A program made the position numbers and the translations under genes. From assembly GCA_963702205.1 (NCBI GenBank), contig OY969724.1:2720001-2784000 (forward strand): a stretch of 64,000 nt of DNA, read 5' to 3'. Below the pieces are notes generated by a model. It did not search any database and was not told the DNA's origin. It saw only the letters and a list, made by a program, of their open reading frames with translations. Origin of the DNA: an uncultured candidate division Zixibacteria bacterium. Lineage in GTDB: Bacteria; Zixibacteria; MSB-5A5; GN15; PGXB01. Below are positions 19,260 to 28,399 of the stretch, piece by piece (within the stretch, counting starts at the first letter, position 1; every line of letters starts with the position of its first letter).

Positions 19260-20639
19260 TTACACTTTCACTTCCAGCCATTGGCCGCGGCGGTAGTACC
19301 ATAGAAAGACCAGAGCCGAGACCGCCGTTGCGGCGCTCAGGCTCCACCACACCGCGTTCTGGTCGAAATTCAGAATCTGAGTGAGAATATAAATCGACGG
19401 TATCTCCAGCAGCCACGAATGCCCGATCGAGACAACCATCGCCGGAGTGTTGAGTCCGACACCGGTATATATCTGCTCCAGCATGATGAAAATCCCGACA
19501 AACGGCATGCCCACCGCCAGAATACGGAGCAGCATTACTCCGTAGTGCACCGTCTCGGGGCTTTCGAAATACAGGCGCATAATTATCCTTGCCCCGAAAA
19601 AGATGATCAGCCCACAGGCTATCATAATGCCGACTGACAGAAGTACCGCCTGATCCCCGGTCTTTTTCGCCCGGTCTTTTTTCATACTGCCCAGGTTGTG
19701 ACCAATCAGCGAGGCCAATCCGAGACCGATGCCGACCAGAATCATGATGCCCAGTGCAGAAATCTGCGACCCGACCCCGTACGCCGCCACCACCGAATTT
19801 CCGAACATGGCAATCATCGGCATCACCAGCAGCCGCCCGCCGGAAAAGGACATTGATGAAATCCACGACGGAATCCCGATCTTGAGCAATCGATAAGCAG
19901 AGCCGACCGATACCGGCACGCTGCCTCTGAAGTGCAATTTGACATTGGTCGCGCCGCCGTACAAGAGACCCAACCCCACCATGAACGCCAGCGAGTAAGA
20001 AATAACCGAGGCCACGGCCGCACCGACCACGCCCATTTTCGGAAAGCCGAGATAGCCGAAAATAAACAGCGGATCGAGAATGACATTCAAGATAGTCGAG
20101 CCGAGCATGATTGACATAGCCATATTTGGATTGGCCGTGCCGCGCATAGCGGTATAGACGGAAAAGGCACTGTATGATACGCCCATACCGAGAAACATAA
20201 CTCGGCCGTACTCCGCCCCCAGTTCGATAGCCTCACCCCTCGCTCCGGCCAGATAGAGAATATCTTTGATAAAGATAAAACCGAGAATTCCAAAGGTCAG
20301 ACCAAAAGCCCATTTGAGCAGAAATGTCTCTTTTATGGCCGTCTCGGCGCGGTCGTAATCCTTTTCGCCGTAGCGCCGCGATATGATAGCCACCGACCCC
20401 GGACCGACCAGCTGGTTGAACGAAAAGAAAAACCAAAGGATATTCGAGAAAATGGTCACCGCTGCGACCGCCGTCTCGCGCTCGGGCAGCTTGGCCAGCC
20501 AGTACATATCGGCCAGCGAATACAGCTGGCCGGAGAGAAAACCGATCATCGACGGCAGCCCCATCTTGACGATGGAGCCGATTATCGAGCCTTCGGTGAA
20601 GTCTGTCTTCGCCTTTTTTGCTGCTGCTATATCAGTCAT
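19260..20639 (-). CDS. MATE family efflux transporter
   Basis: DFTEGSI N-terminus, ~12 TM helices, NVILDPLFIFGYLGFPKMGVVGAA. Confidence 0.92.
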   Translation of the reverse strand: MTDIAAAKKAKTDFTEGSIIGSIVKMGLPSMIGFLSGQLYSLADMYWLAKLPERETAVAAVTIFSNILWFFFSFNQLVGPGSVAIISRRYGEKDYDRAETAIKETFLLKWAFGLTFGILGFIFIKDILYLAGARGEAIELGAEYGRVMFLGMGVSYSAFSVYTAMRGTANPNMAMSIMLGSTILNVILDPLFIFGYLGFPKMGVVGAAVASVISYSLAFMVGLGLLYGGATNVKLHFRGSVPVSVGSAYRLLKIGIPSWISSMSFSGGRLLVMPMIAMFGNSVVAAYGVGSQISALGIMILVGIGLGLASLIGHNLGSMKKDRAKKTGDQAVLLSVGIMIACGLIIFFGARIIMRLYFESPETVHYGVMLLRILAVGMPFVGIFIMLEQIYTGVGLNTPAMVVSIGHSWLLEIPSIYILTQILNFDQNAVWWSLSAATAVSALVFLWYYRRGQWLEVKV

Positions 20640-20734
20640 AAAAATCTCGCGCCAATATAGGTCAATTAGGCGCGATCAACAATCACAATGTACGGGGGTA
20701 TATACGAATTAGCTTTGCGGACGGTTCAACGAGA

Positions 20735-22624
20735 TCAGTCGTCTTTGGCGAAGTTTTTCAGAAATTTCTCGATACCTTTGCAGATTCCTTTGGCGACTTT
20801 TTGGGGATATTGGTTGCCTTTGAGCATCGCTTCCTGTTCTGGTAGCATCATGAAGGCGCACTCGATCAGAATCGCCGGGTATTGCGTCGGCCGGTCGACC
20901 GCGAGGTTGCCGTAATATAAGCCATAATCCGGCATCTTGGTTTCGCGGAGAAGCTCTTCCTGAACGCATCGGGCCAGCTGTAACGAATGCGGGTGATAGT
21001 AATAGGTCGAGACGCCGTTATTGACAAACGGATTGATCCCGTCCGGCAGGGCGTTGTTATGAATCGAGATAAACAGGTCGGCCTTGTTCGACACGGCAAT
21101 TTGCGGGCGGTCATACAGCGGAAGCGGCGACATATCCGAGCGGGTCATGATAACTTTGGCGCCCTTGTGTTCGAGCTGCTTTTTCAATTCGAGCGCGATT
21201 TTGAGGTTGGCCTCAGATTCTTTAAGTCCGGTCGGACCGATCGCGCCGGCGTCGGGTGAATGTCCCGGATCGATCACTATTACTCTATTCTTAATGTTAT
21301 CAATGCCTTGCGGCGTATTTATGATGTTCCACTTTAATATGTTTCCAGTATAGAAAACGTCGTACCCCCAGATCGGCTGGGCGAATTGGAGGTGCAGTTT
21401 ATACAGCCCCAGTTCCGGCTGACTCCAGTCGGCCTGCACCAGGTTTTTATTGGAAAAATCATAACGTATCCAGTCGGTATCCGAAGTCACCCCGAAAAGA
21501 TACAGGCTGACTTCATCGGGAGCCTCTTCCTCGACCCGAAACGGGTGTCGACCGGACAGCGGAATCTCAAAATTCAAACTTCGGTCCGTGTTTATGGCCC
21601 GAATTGCCTTAACATACGATTCCAGCGGCGGCAAAGCGGGATCGAGAAATCTGATCGAATTGACGTTGACCCACCCGGTTTGGTCATCTGTCAGCTTCAG
21701 GCGCACCCAATCACCTTCCCGACCGACCGCCAGTGCCTGCACACCCCGAGGCTGGAATATCGAAAGATATCCCTTCTGCGGCCCGACCCTCATGATTTGA
21801 ACCGAGTCGGTAAATTCCACCATGCAGGGATATCCGGGAGGATTGATCCGAAGGAAAATATTTGAGCTGTCGGTCCGGGAGATTTGGCCGAGTTTTAAAA
21901 GCTCCAGCGATTGATAATCAAATGAAGTGGTTGACTGGTTTTCTATCCTATTGACAATATCGCCAATGCCCGGTGTTTTGATATGATAGTACACCCTGAC
22001 CGAATCTTCGATTGATGTATTGTCGACCGTCGTGTATCCCTGATAATAGCCCCGAATCTTCATAGAATCCGGTACCGCGCCGGCCCCGAAAACGGTCTCG
22101 CCCCAGAACGGCTGTAGTCGCGGCGGCATTTCCGCCATCGGGACCGAATCGACCAGTCCCGGAACATAGAAATATGCGATACATCCGGGAGTCCCCTGAA
22201 ATTGGATTTTCAGCAGGTCATCTTTTAAGAGTACCAAATTCCCCATGTAATCGTTGCGATCTATTAATGTCAGTGAATCGTAGGGCAAAGAATATTTCGG
22301 CGACGGCACCTGCACCGGCCAGATTAGATTTGCAGTGTCACCGTCGAGAGCAGCCTGTATATTAAAATCAAAACTCCCCGGCTCAATCGGCAGGAACGCC
22401 AAAAATCCACCGTCGGGGTGTACGGCGACATTCGACCCATTTATTGATAAATCTGCATCCGGCGTTACAGAACCGAAAATAAAAGTCGAGTCGACCGCGC
22501 CGACAACGGCATCACGCCTGGGCCAGACTATTTTTATTTTCGGCGGTCCGGCAAGTACCGCTGCGCCATAAAGCGCCAATAATATTAAGGCAGCCATACT
22601 TATTAACTTAACTCTCAATTTCAT
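20735..22624 (-). CDS. N-acetylmuramoyl-L-alanine amidase (Amidase_3) with SH3-like region
   Basis: VIDPGH, ESEAN, SIHNNA, LIEC; signal peptide; GWV SH3b-like motif. Confidence 0.9.
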   Translation of the reverse strand: MKLRVKLISMAALILLALYGAAVLAGPPKIKIVWPRRDAVVGAVDSTFIFGSVTPDADLSINGSNVAVHPDGGFLAFLPIEPGSFDFNIQAALDGDTANLIWPVQVPSPKYSLPYDSLTLIDRNDYMGNLVLLKDDLLKIQFQGTPGCIAYFYVPGLVDSVPMAEMPPRLQPFWGETVFGAGAVPDSMKIRGYYQGYTTVDNTSIEDSVRVYYHIKTPGIGDIVNRIENQSTTSFDYQSLELLKLGQISRTDSSNIFLRINPPGYPCMVEFTDSVQIMRVGPQKGYLSIFQPRGVQALAVGREGDWVRLKLTDDQTGWVNVNSIRFLDPALPPLESYVKAIRAINTDRSLNFEIPLSGRHPFRVEEEAPDEVSLYLFGVTSDTDWIRYDFSNKNLVQADWSQPELGLYKLHLQFAQPIWGYDVFYTGNILKWNIINTPQGIDNIKNRVIVIDPGHSPDAGAIGPTGLKESEANLKIALELKKQLEHKGAKVIMTRSDMSPLPLYDRPQIAVSNKADLFISIHNNALPDGINPFVNNGVSTYYYHPHSLQLARCVQEELLRETKMPDYGLYYGNLAVDRPTQYPAILIECAFMMLPEQEAMLKGNQYPQKVAKGICKGIEKFLKNFAKDD

Positions 22625-23637
22625 GTTCTCGAATAAATTCTTTCTTTAGCTTGGGGCCGCCGATAATATTCTCATCGACATTAATCGCTTCATTTTTATA
22701 TATCAATCCATCGGCCGGATCGTGCTTAATCAACAGCGGCCCGTCGAGGTCGAAATAGTCTCCCAAAAACCCGAGGTAAACAGACTGAGCAACCGCGACC
22801 GATGATTCCACCATACACCCGAACATAACTTTGCGGCCGTCCTTTCTGGCTCGCCGTGCGATTTTAATAGCTTCCATTACTCCGCCCGATTTAGCCATTT
22901 TGATATTAACTCCATCGACAAATTCGCAATACCGCTCATAATCTGTAGTCGTGAGCAGGCCTTCATCGACCATAAGGCAGGTCTTTTTCCTTCCCTTTAT
23001 TTGGGGCCACTCCTCTATATATTCCACTCCGGTCGGTTGTTCGATTATTTCTACGTTCAGACGGCTCAATTCATGAACCATTCTTTCGGCTTTTTCCGGC
23101 TCCCAGGCGCCGTTGGCGTCGACGCGAAACACTTTATTCGGTGATAGCTTTATTGCCTGGACTATATCGTCATCGTAATCGGAACCCATTTTCAATTTTA
23201 TTATCGGGTATGGTGACATTTTAATGTGCGCAAGTGTAATATCTTGGTCATCGATACTGACCGTGTACGACGTCCTGATTTTATCGGGCGGGTCGACACC
23301 CAGCACCTGCCACGGATATTGTTTTTTCTCGCCGGATACTTTGTGCAAAACCGATGTCACCACGCCGGCTTTGGTCACGGGATTAATATTTAACGCATTG
23401 ATTTCGTTTAAGTGTACTAACATCGGTAGATTTCAAAGTTTTAAGAAATTCTATGGCTATATCGAGATCACGCAGGATTTCATCTTCTTTCGGCCCATAT
23501 ATGATCGAGCCGGAACATTCCCCGACGTATTTTTCGTCCAGTAACATGAAATGATTGGTCTTTTCGGCCACGGCTGCTTTTGACGTCCGGAAAATGCCTT
23601 TGACCTCAAGCTTTATTGGAAAATAACGGGCTTTTAT
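22608..23637 (-). pseudogene. L-Ala-D/L-Glu (dipeptide) epimerase, enolase superfamily; frameshifted as sequenced
   Basis: C-terminal part has KLKMG, VDAN, EQP, VDE, NIKMAKSGG, GCMVES, DLDG. N-terminal part (IKARYFPIKLEV..GEC) is in another frame. Deleting one base of the run at 23407-23409 gives 342 aa from ATA 23637. Confidence 0.8.
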
Positions 23638-24428
23638 TTTAGTATCCTCCGGGCCGTCAGGAATGACTCATAAAGGTCTTTTCTGAAACAATCTCTATCG
23701 GGTTCAAATGTATTGATCGCCACCCCGCCTTCGGCCAGCGAGGAATGTATGACCCTGAATCTATCTATTGCAATCGCCACGTGGCCGGGGAAAAACAGCA
23801 GGTCACCAGCCTGCAAATCATCTCTTGAAATTTCTCTGCCGGATTTGATCTGATCTTTGCTGTCGCGCGGGAGCATCGCCCCAAATCTTTTATAAATGCT
23901 GTACACCAGACCTGAGCAGTCAATCCCGAATGGTGTAATGCCGCCCCATAAGTACGGCACGCCGATAAAGCGACGGGCCTCCGATACTATCATTTTCCCC
24001 GTTAATTTCCCCGCTTGCTTATCATTCACTTTTTGAAGTGCCGATGACGACACACGAAAAGAACCTTGTCCAAAGGTTTTTACTGTGCTATGGCGGTGAC
24101 TGACGCCGCGCACGGATACTTCTGTCCCGTAAAATAGGAACGGCGGGATATGGTTGTCCCGGGTGCTTTTTGTTTTTACCGTCAAAGCGGCAACTGTTTC
24201 ATTTAATGATCGAGAATATTTCATCCATTCGGTTTTCTTAAGCGTCTGTACCGCCCTGACGTCCACCCAGCCGGTATAGCCGTCATTTTGCAGGACTTTT
24301 AAATAACCCCTGCGGCCGCTTGAGATTTTCACCGGTTCATTGAACAGAAGCTGACTCTTACGCTCGGAGCGGAATTTAGGCTCGGCGCGAAGATCTGCGA
24401 CATTTCTTATTATCAGACCATATTCCAT
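23634..24428 (-). CDS. SH3 + NlpC/P60 peptidase (YkfC-like gamma-D-glutamyl peptidase)
   Basis: SQLLFNE..DGYTGWV; PYLWGG, DCSG, LPRDS, GHV, IHSS. Confidence 0.9.
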   Translation of the reverse strand: MEYGLIIRNVADLRAEPKFRSERKSQLLFNEPVKISSGRRGYLKVLQNDGYTGWVDVRAVQTLKKTEWMKYSRSLNETVAALTVKTKSTRDNHIPPFLFYGTEVSVRGVSHRHSTVKTFGQGSFRVSSSALQKVNDKQAGKLTGKMIVSEARRFIGVPYLWGGITPFGIDCSGLVYSIYKRFGAMLPRDSKDQIKSGREISRDDLQAGDLLFFPGHVAIAIDRFRVIHSSLAEGGVAINTFEPDRDCFRKDLYESFLTARRILK

Positions 24429-24464
24429 AACGATAAATTAAAGGGCACACTATATTTACTCAAC

Positions 24465-24494
24465 AAAAAAAGCCGGGCGCAAAAGCCGCCCGGC
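24465..24494 (-). terminator. intrinsic terminator
   Basis: AAAAAAAGCCGGGCG-CAAAAGC-CGCCCGGCT after the aminotransferase stop. Confidence 0.75.
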
Positions 24495-24516
24495 TCCGGT
24501 ATCGAAAACCTTGTAT

Positions 24517-25680
24517 TTAAAGCTTTGAAACGGCCTCTTTGACCCGTCCGAGCGCTTTGTTGATGTTCTCAATCGAGTTGGCGTAGGAGAAACGAAGATA
24601 TCCTTCACCGAATTTGCCGAACGACGTGCCGGCCAACGCCGCCACGCTGTAATTTTCGAGAAGATAGACTTCCATCTCTTTCGATGTCTTCCCGAACTTC
24701 TTAATATTCGGAAAAACGTAGAAAGCACCCAGCGGTCTTTTGCAGGTTATGCCGTCGATAGCATTCAAACCGTCGACGATCACGTCGCGGCGTTTGTTGA
24801 ATTCCTGAACCATTTTATTGGCGTCATCCTGCGGGCCGGTGATCGCCTCTTTAATGGCCATCTGCGAAAAGGCCGACGTACACGAATTGCAGTTGGTCAC
24901 CAGCCGCGTCACGTGCCCGGCGAGGGTTTCGTTCATGACTCCATAGCCCAGCCGCCAGCCCGTCATGGCATAGGTCTTGGACATGCCGTCGAGAATAATC
25001 GTCCTTTCCGGCATACCGTCGAACTGCGTCACCGACTCGAATTTGGTGCCGTAGAGAATCCGCGAATAGATTTCATCCGACAAAACCCAGAGGTCGTGAT
25101 CGTTGGCGATGCGGGCGATCTGCGCCAGATCATCGTGCGTCAAGACACCGCCGGTCGGGTTTTGAGGTGAATTGATAATCAACAGCTTCGTCCTCGGCGT
25201 CACCAGCTTTTCCAGCTCTTTGACATCTAGACGGAAATCGTTTTCTTCGCGAAGTGCGATCGGCACTGCTTTGGCCCCGATATAATTGATCAATGATTCA
25301 TAAATCGGAAAGCCGGGGTTGGGATAAATAACTTCGTCGCCTTCGTCCACCAGCGCGAACAAAGTATAAAACATGACCGGTTTGCCGCCCGGTACGATGA
25401 CGACGTTATTGATCCCGGTTTTCAGACCGCGTGTCTTGTTGATTTCATTGGCGATAACCTCGCGGACTTCCGGGTATCCTGCAGCCGGGTTATAATGCGT
25501 ATAACCGTCGCGAAGGGCCTTAATGGCTGCTTCGCTTATATTCGACGGCGTATCGAAATCGGGCTCGCCGATTTCCAGATGCACGACGTCCTTGCCCTGG
25601 CCCTCGAGTTGACGGGCGCGCAGAAGGACCTCGAACGCGGTTTCTGTCCCCAGCCGTTTCATTCTTTCGGCGAATTTCAT
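24517..25680 (-). CDS. class I PLP-dependent aminotransferase (aspartate aminotransferase)
   Basis: LEIGEPDFDTP, NSPQNPTG, SDEIY, SKTYAMTGWRLG. Confidence 0.92.
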   Translation of the reverse strand: MKFAERMKRLGTETAFEVLLRARQLEGQGKDVVHLEIGEPDFDTPSNISEAAIKALRDGYTHYNPAAGYPEVREVIANEINKTRGLKTGINNVVIVPGGKPVMFYTLFALVDEGDEVIYPNPGFPIYESLINYIGAKAVPIALREENDFRLDVKELEKLVTPRTKLLIINSPQNPTGGVLTHDDLAQIARIANDHDLWVLSDEIYSRILYGTKFESVTQFDGMPERTIILDGMSKTYAMTGWRLGYGVMNETLAGHVTRLVTNCNSCTSAFSQMAIKEAITGPQDDANKMVQEFNKRRDVIVDGLNAIDGITCKRPLGAFYVFPNIKKFGKTSKEMEVYLLENYSVAALAGTSFGKFGEGYLRFSYANSIENINKALGRVKEAVSKL

Positions 25681-25716
25681 ATCTGCACCTGAATTCTATA
25701 TTCGTAAAAATTCGTT

Positions 25717-27726
25717 TTATTTCAATTTCAACAGCTTGCGGGCGGCGTCGGCGATGTATTCGGCGCTGACGCCGAATTCCTTGACCAACTGCCACGGCAG
25801 TCCGGATTCTCCGAACCGATTCTGCACACCGATCATATCGAACGCCGTCACTTTGCCCGACGCCGCAGCGTCTTTCATAATAACCGCGGCGATCTGATTG
25901 CCCAGCCCGCCGACCTGATGTTCCTCGGCCGTAATCACGGCTCCGGTCTCGCGGGCGGCACGCACTATGGCCTCTTTATCCATCGGCTTAACCGTATGTA
26001 AATTAATTACGCGCGTTTCGACGTTATAATCGGTTTTTAGAATCCAGGCGGCACGTAACGCTTCGGCGCATTCCGGCCCGCAACTGATAATACTCATATC
26101 CTCGTTTTCGTTCTTATAATCCGTCGACAATTTGACATCGAAAGAATCTTTGAACTGCGGCTTTTCACCCCGGAAACGATAAACATTGGCAACGCCAAAC
26201 TTGAACGGCGTCTTATCGTCGGTGATAATCGGCGTTGCTTCACGGGCGAAGCGGATGTATTTCGGCCCGACCACGTCGAACAGAAGCGAGTGAGTCATGC
26301 GTTTGGTTTCAACCGAGTCAATCGGCGAGGCAACATGCATGTTGGGCAGGCCGCAAATCTGGAACAGGGATTCCAGTTCCTGATGGGTCGCCCCGTCCGG
26401 CCCGACAGAAATTCCACCGTGCGCGCCGACAATGAGGACATTGAAATCACCGTAACAGACGGAAACCCGAAGCTGGTCGAGATTGCGGGCCGACGCAAAG
26501 ACACCATAGGTCCCGAACACGGGGATCTTGCCTTCTTTGGCCAGGCCGGCGGCCACCGTCGTCCCACCCTGTTCGGCGACACCGACCGATATCCAGCGGT
26601 TCAGTCGTTCCGGGTGTTTCTCGTAAAACTGCGAAATAGTAATCGAGCCGGAAATGTCGGCTCCGATACAGACAATTCGTTCGTCATCGCCGTACTCATC
26701 GAGCGCCCGGCCCAAACCCTTACGGGTCGGGTCCATATCGACCTTCATGGTCTCCCGGTGATTCCACCAGAAATCGCCGGAGAATTTCGGCAGTTTGTCG
26801 GCCAGTCTTTTTTCGACTTTCTCCTGATGATCCGTCCCGACTTTGAAAAAAGTATCCAAATCATACGTTTTGGACAGACCCAGTTCTTCCAGGGCCTTGG
26901 CCATTTCGTCTTTATTCGGTGGCTTACCGTGCCAGCCCACCACGTTTTCCATAAAGCTGACGCCTTTGCCCTTGACCGTGTTGGCGACAATCATGGTCGG
27001 CTTGTTTTTGGAAGCACAAGCCTTGTTCAGGGCATCCAGAATCTCTTCGACCTTGTGTCCGTCGATTTCGATGACATCCCAGCCGAATGCTTTGTACTTA
27101 TCAATCAGCGGCTCCAGAGCCTGCACGTCCTTGGTTTTGCCGTCGATCTGCAGACGGTTACGGTCGAGAATAGCGATAAGGTTGTTGAGTTTAAAATTTC
27201 CGGCTTCCATATAGGCTTCCCACATGGAGCCTTCCTGCTGTTCACCATCGGACGTAATCACAAAAACCCGGTGGTCCTTTTTATCGAGTTTGGCGGCTAA
27301 GGCGATACCGACCGCCACCGACATACCCTGACCCAATGATCCCGATGAAATCTCGACACCGCCCAGGTCCTTGCGATGAGGGTGGCCCTGGAACGGTCCG
27401 CCGAGCATTCTGAGTTTGGCCAGTTCGTTTTCAGGGAAATACCCCGAAATCGCCAGAGAAACATAGAGCGCCGGGGCCTTGTGTCCGGCCGACCAGATGA
27501 TTCGGTCGCGGCCATCCCAGTCAGGATTTTTGGGATCGTGTTTGGCAACCTTGAGGTACAATGTTGATAGGATGTCCATCATCGACAGGGTTCCGCCCGA
27601 GTGGCCGGATTTGCCCGAACACAAAGAAATCATGTCCAGGCCGCGCATGTAGTTGGCGCGTTCTTTAAGTTCTTCTATGGTAAAATCTTTAATTACTTTA
27701 CCGGTCCTGGAATCTATCAGGGGCAT
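25717..27726 (-). CDS. tkt: transketolase (fused N- and C-terminal subunit type)
   Basis: SGHSGG, SAGHKAP, SSGSLGQG, TPP-binding SDGEQQEG..N, KGKGVSFME, GVAEQ, GPDGATHQ, AEEH. Confidence 0.9.
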   Translation of the reverse strand: MPLIDSRTGKVIKDFTIEELKERANYMRGLDMISLCSGKSGHSGGTLSMMDILSTLYLKVAKHDPKNPDWDGRDRIIWSAGHKAPALYVSLAISGYFPENELAKLRMLGGPFQGHPHRKDLGGVEISSGSLGQGMSVAVGIALAAKLDKKDHRVFVITSDGEQQEGSMWEAYMEAGNFKLNNLIAILDRNRLQIDGKTKDVQALEPLIDKYKAFGWDVIEIDGHKVEEILDALNKACASKNKPTMIVANTVKGKGVSFMENVVGWHGKPPNKDEMAKALEELGLSKTYDLDTFFKVGTDHQEKVEKRLADKLPKFSGDFWWNHRETMKVDMDPTRKGLGRALDEYGDDERIVCIGADISGSITISQFYEKHPERLNRWISVGVAEQGGTTVAAGLAKEGKIPVFGTYGVFASARNLDQLRVSVCYGDFNVLIVGAHGGISVGPDGATHQELESLFQICGLPNMHVASPIDSVETKRMTHSLLFDVVGPKYIRFAREATPIITDDKTPFKFGVANVYRFRGEKPQFKDSFDVKLSTDYKNENEDMSIISCGPECAEALRAAWILKTDYNVETRVINLHTVKPMDKEAIVRAARETGAVITAEEHQVGGLGNQIAAVIMKDAAASGKVTAFDMIGVQNRFGESGLPWQLVKEFGVSAEYIADAARKLLKLK

Positions 27727-27773
27727 ATAACCTCCGACTCAATAGTTTGTGAATTTTTTAACTTTCCGGGCAA

Positions 27774-27802
27774 AATATATCGGCTGGCGATTACAATGTC
27801 AA
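27774..27802 (-). promoter_or_regulatory. sigma70-type promoter of tkt
   Basis: TTGACA, 17 bp, TATATT on the minus strand. Confidence 0.65.
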
Positions 27803-28390
27803 CCCATTTCGGGCCAGCCGATTGACGATTCTTTCAACTTTCGGGCGGAGGTCTTTTAGGGTTCCGTTATTCGATATAACCAGATCGGAGGCTTTTCTCA
27901 ATGCTGAATATGACAGTTGAGACTTAAGACGTTCAAGCGCTTCCCCTCTGGAATATCCTTTTTTTATAAGACGGGAAACGAGAATTTCTTTTTTGGCGTG
28001 TACCAGAATTGTCAAATCCACTTTTTTATGCCAGCCCCAATCGACCAGCAAAGCGGCGTCGATTACAACCAGTTTGTATTTACGGTTCGCAGCTTTGGAC
28101 TGCCGGGTCAGTTCCTTTAAAAGATAGGGATGGACGATGGCATTAAGGCGGGCCTTTGATTTTTCGCCGGCGAACGCCAGACAACCCAGGCGTTTTCTTC
28201 TTAGGCGTCCCGATGGTGTCAATATTTCGGGCCCGAATGTCTTTATGAGCCGTTTAAGCACGACCGGATTTTTTTCGACGACGTCTTTGCCGATTTTATC
28301 GGCGGATATAATATGCGCTCCGAATTTCCTGAAGATTGCGGCGACTTCGGATTTCCCCGACCCGATTTGTCCGACAAGGCCGATTAACAT
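27791..28390 (-). CDS. coaE: dephospho-CoA kinase
   Basis: IGLVGQIGSGKS P-loop, LNAIVHP, DAALL; follows polA. Confidence 0.93.
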   Translation of the reverse strand: MLIGLVGQIGSGKSEVAAIFRKFGAHIISADKIGKDVVEKNPVVLKRLIKTFGPEILTPSGRLRRKRLGCLAFAGEKSKARLNAIVHPYLLKELTRQSKAANRKYKLVVIDAALLVDWGWHKKVDLTILVHAKKEILVSRLIKKGYSRGEALERLKSQLSYSALRKASDLVISNNGTLKDLRPKVERIVNRLARNGLTL

Positions 28391-28399
28391 AATCAGCCT

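Noticed and set aside
23400..23415. Programmed ribosomal frameshift at CTTAAAC
   Set aside because: The needed shift is +1, the site is not a canonical slippery heptamer, and a second single-base insertion in lptD points to sequencing error or decay.
25717..27726. Fused two-subunit transketolase as a novelty
   Set aside because: Single-chain forms of this type are known and the motifs are ordinary.
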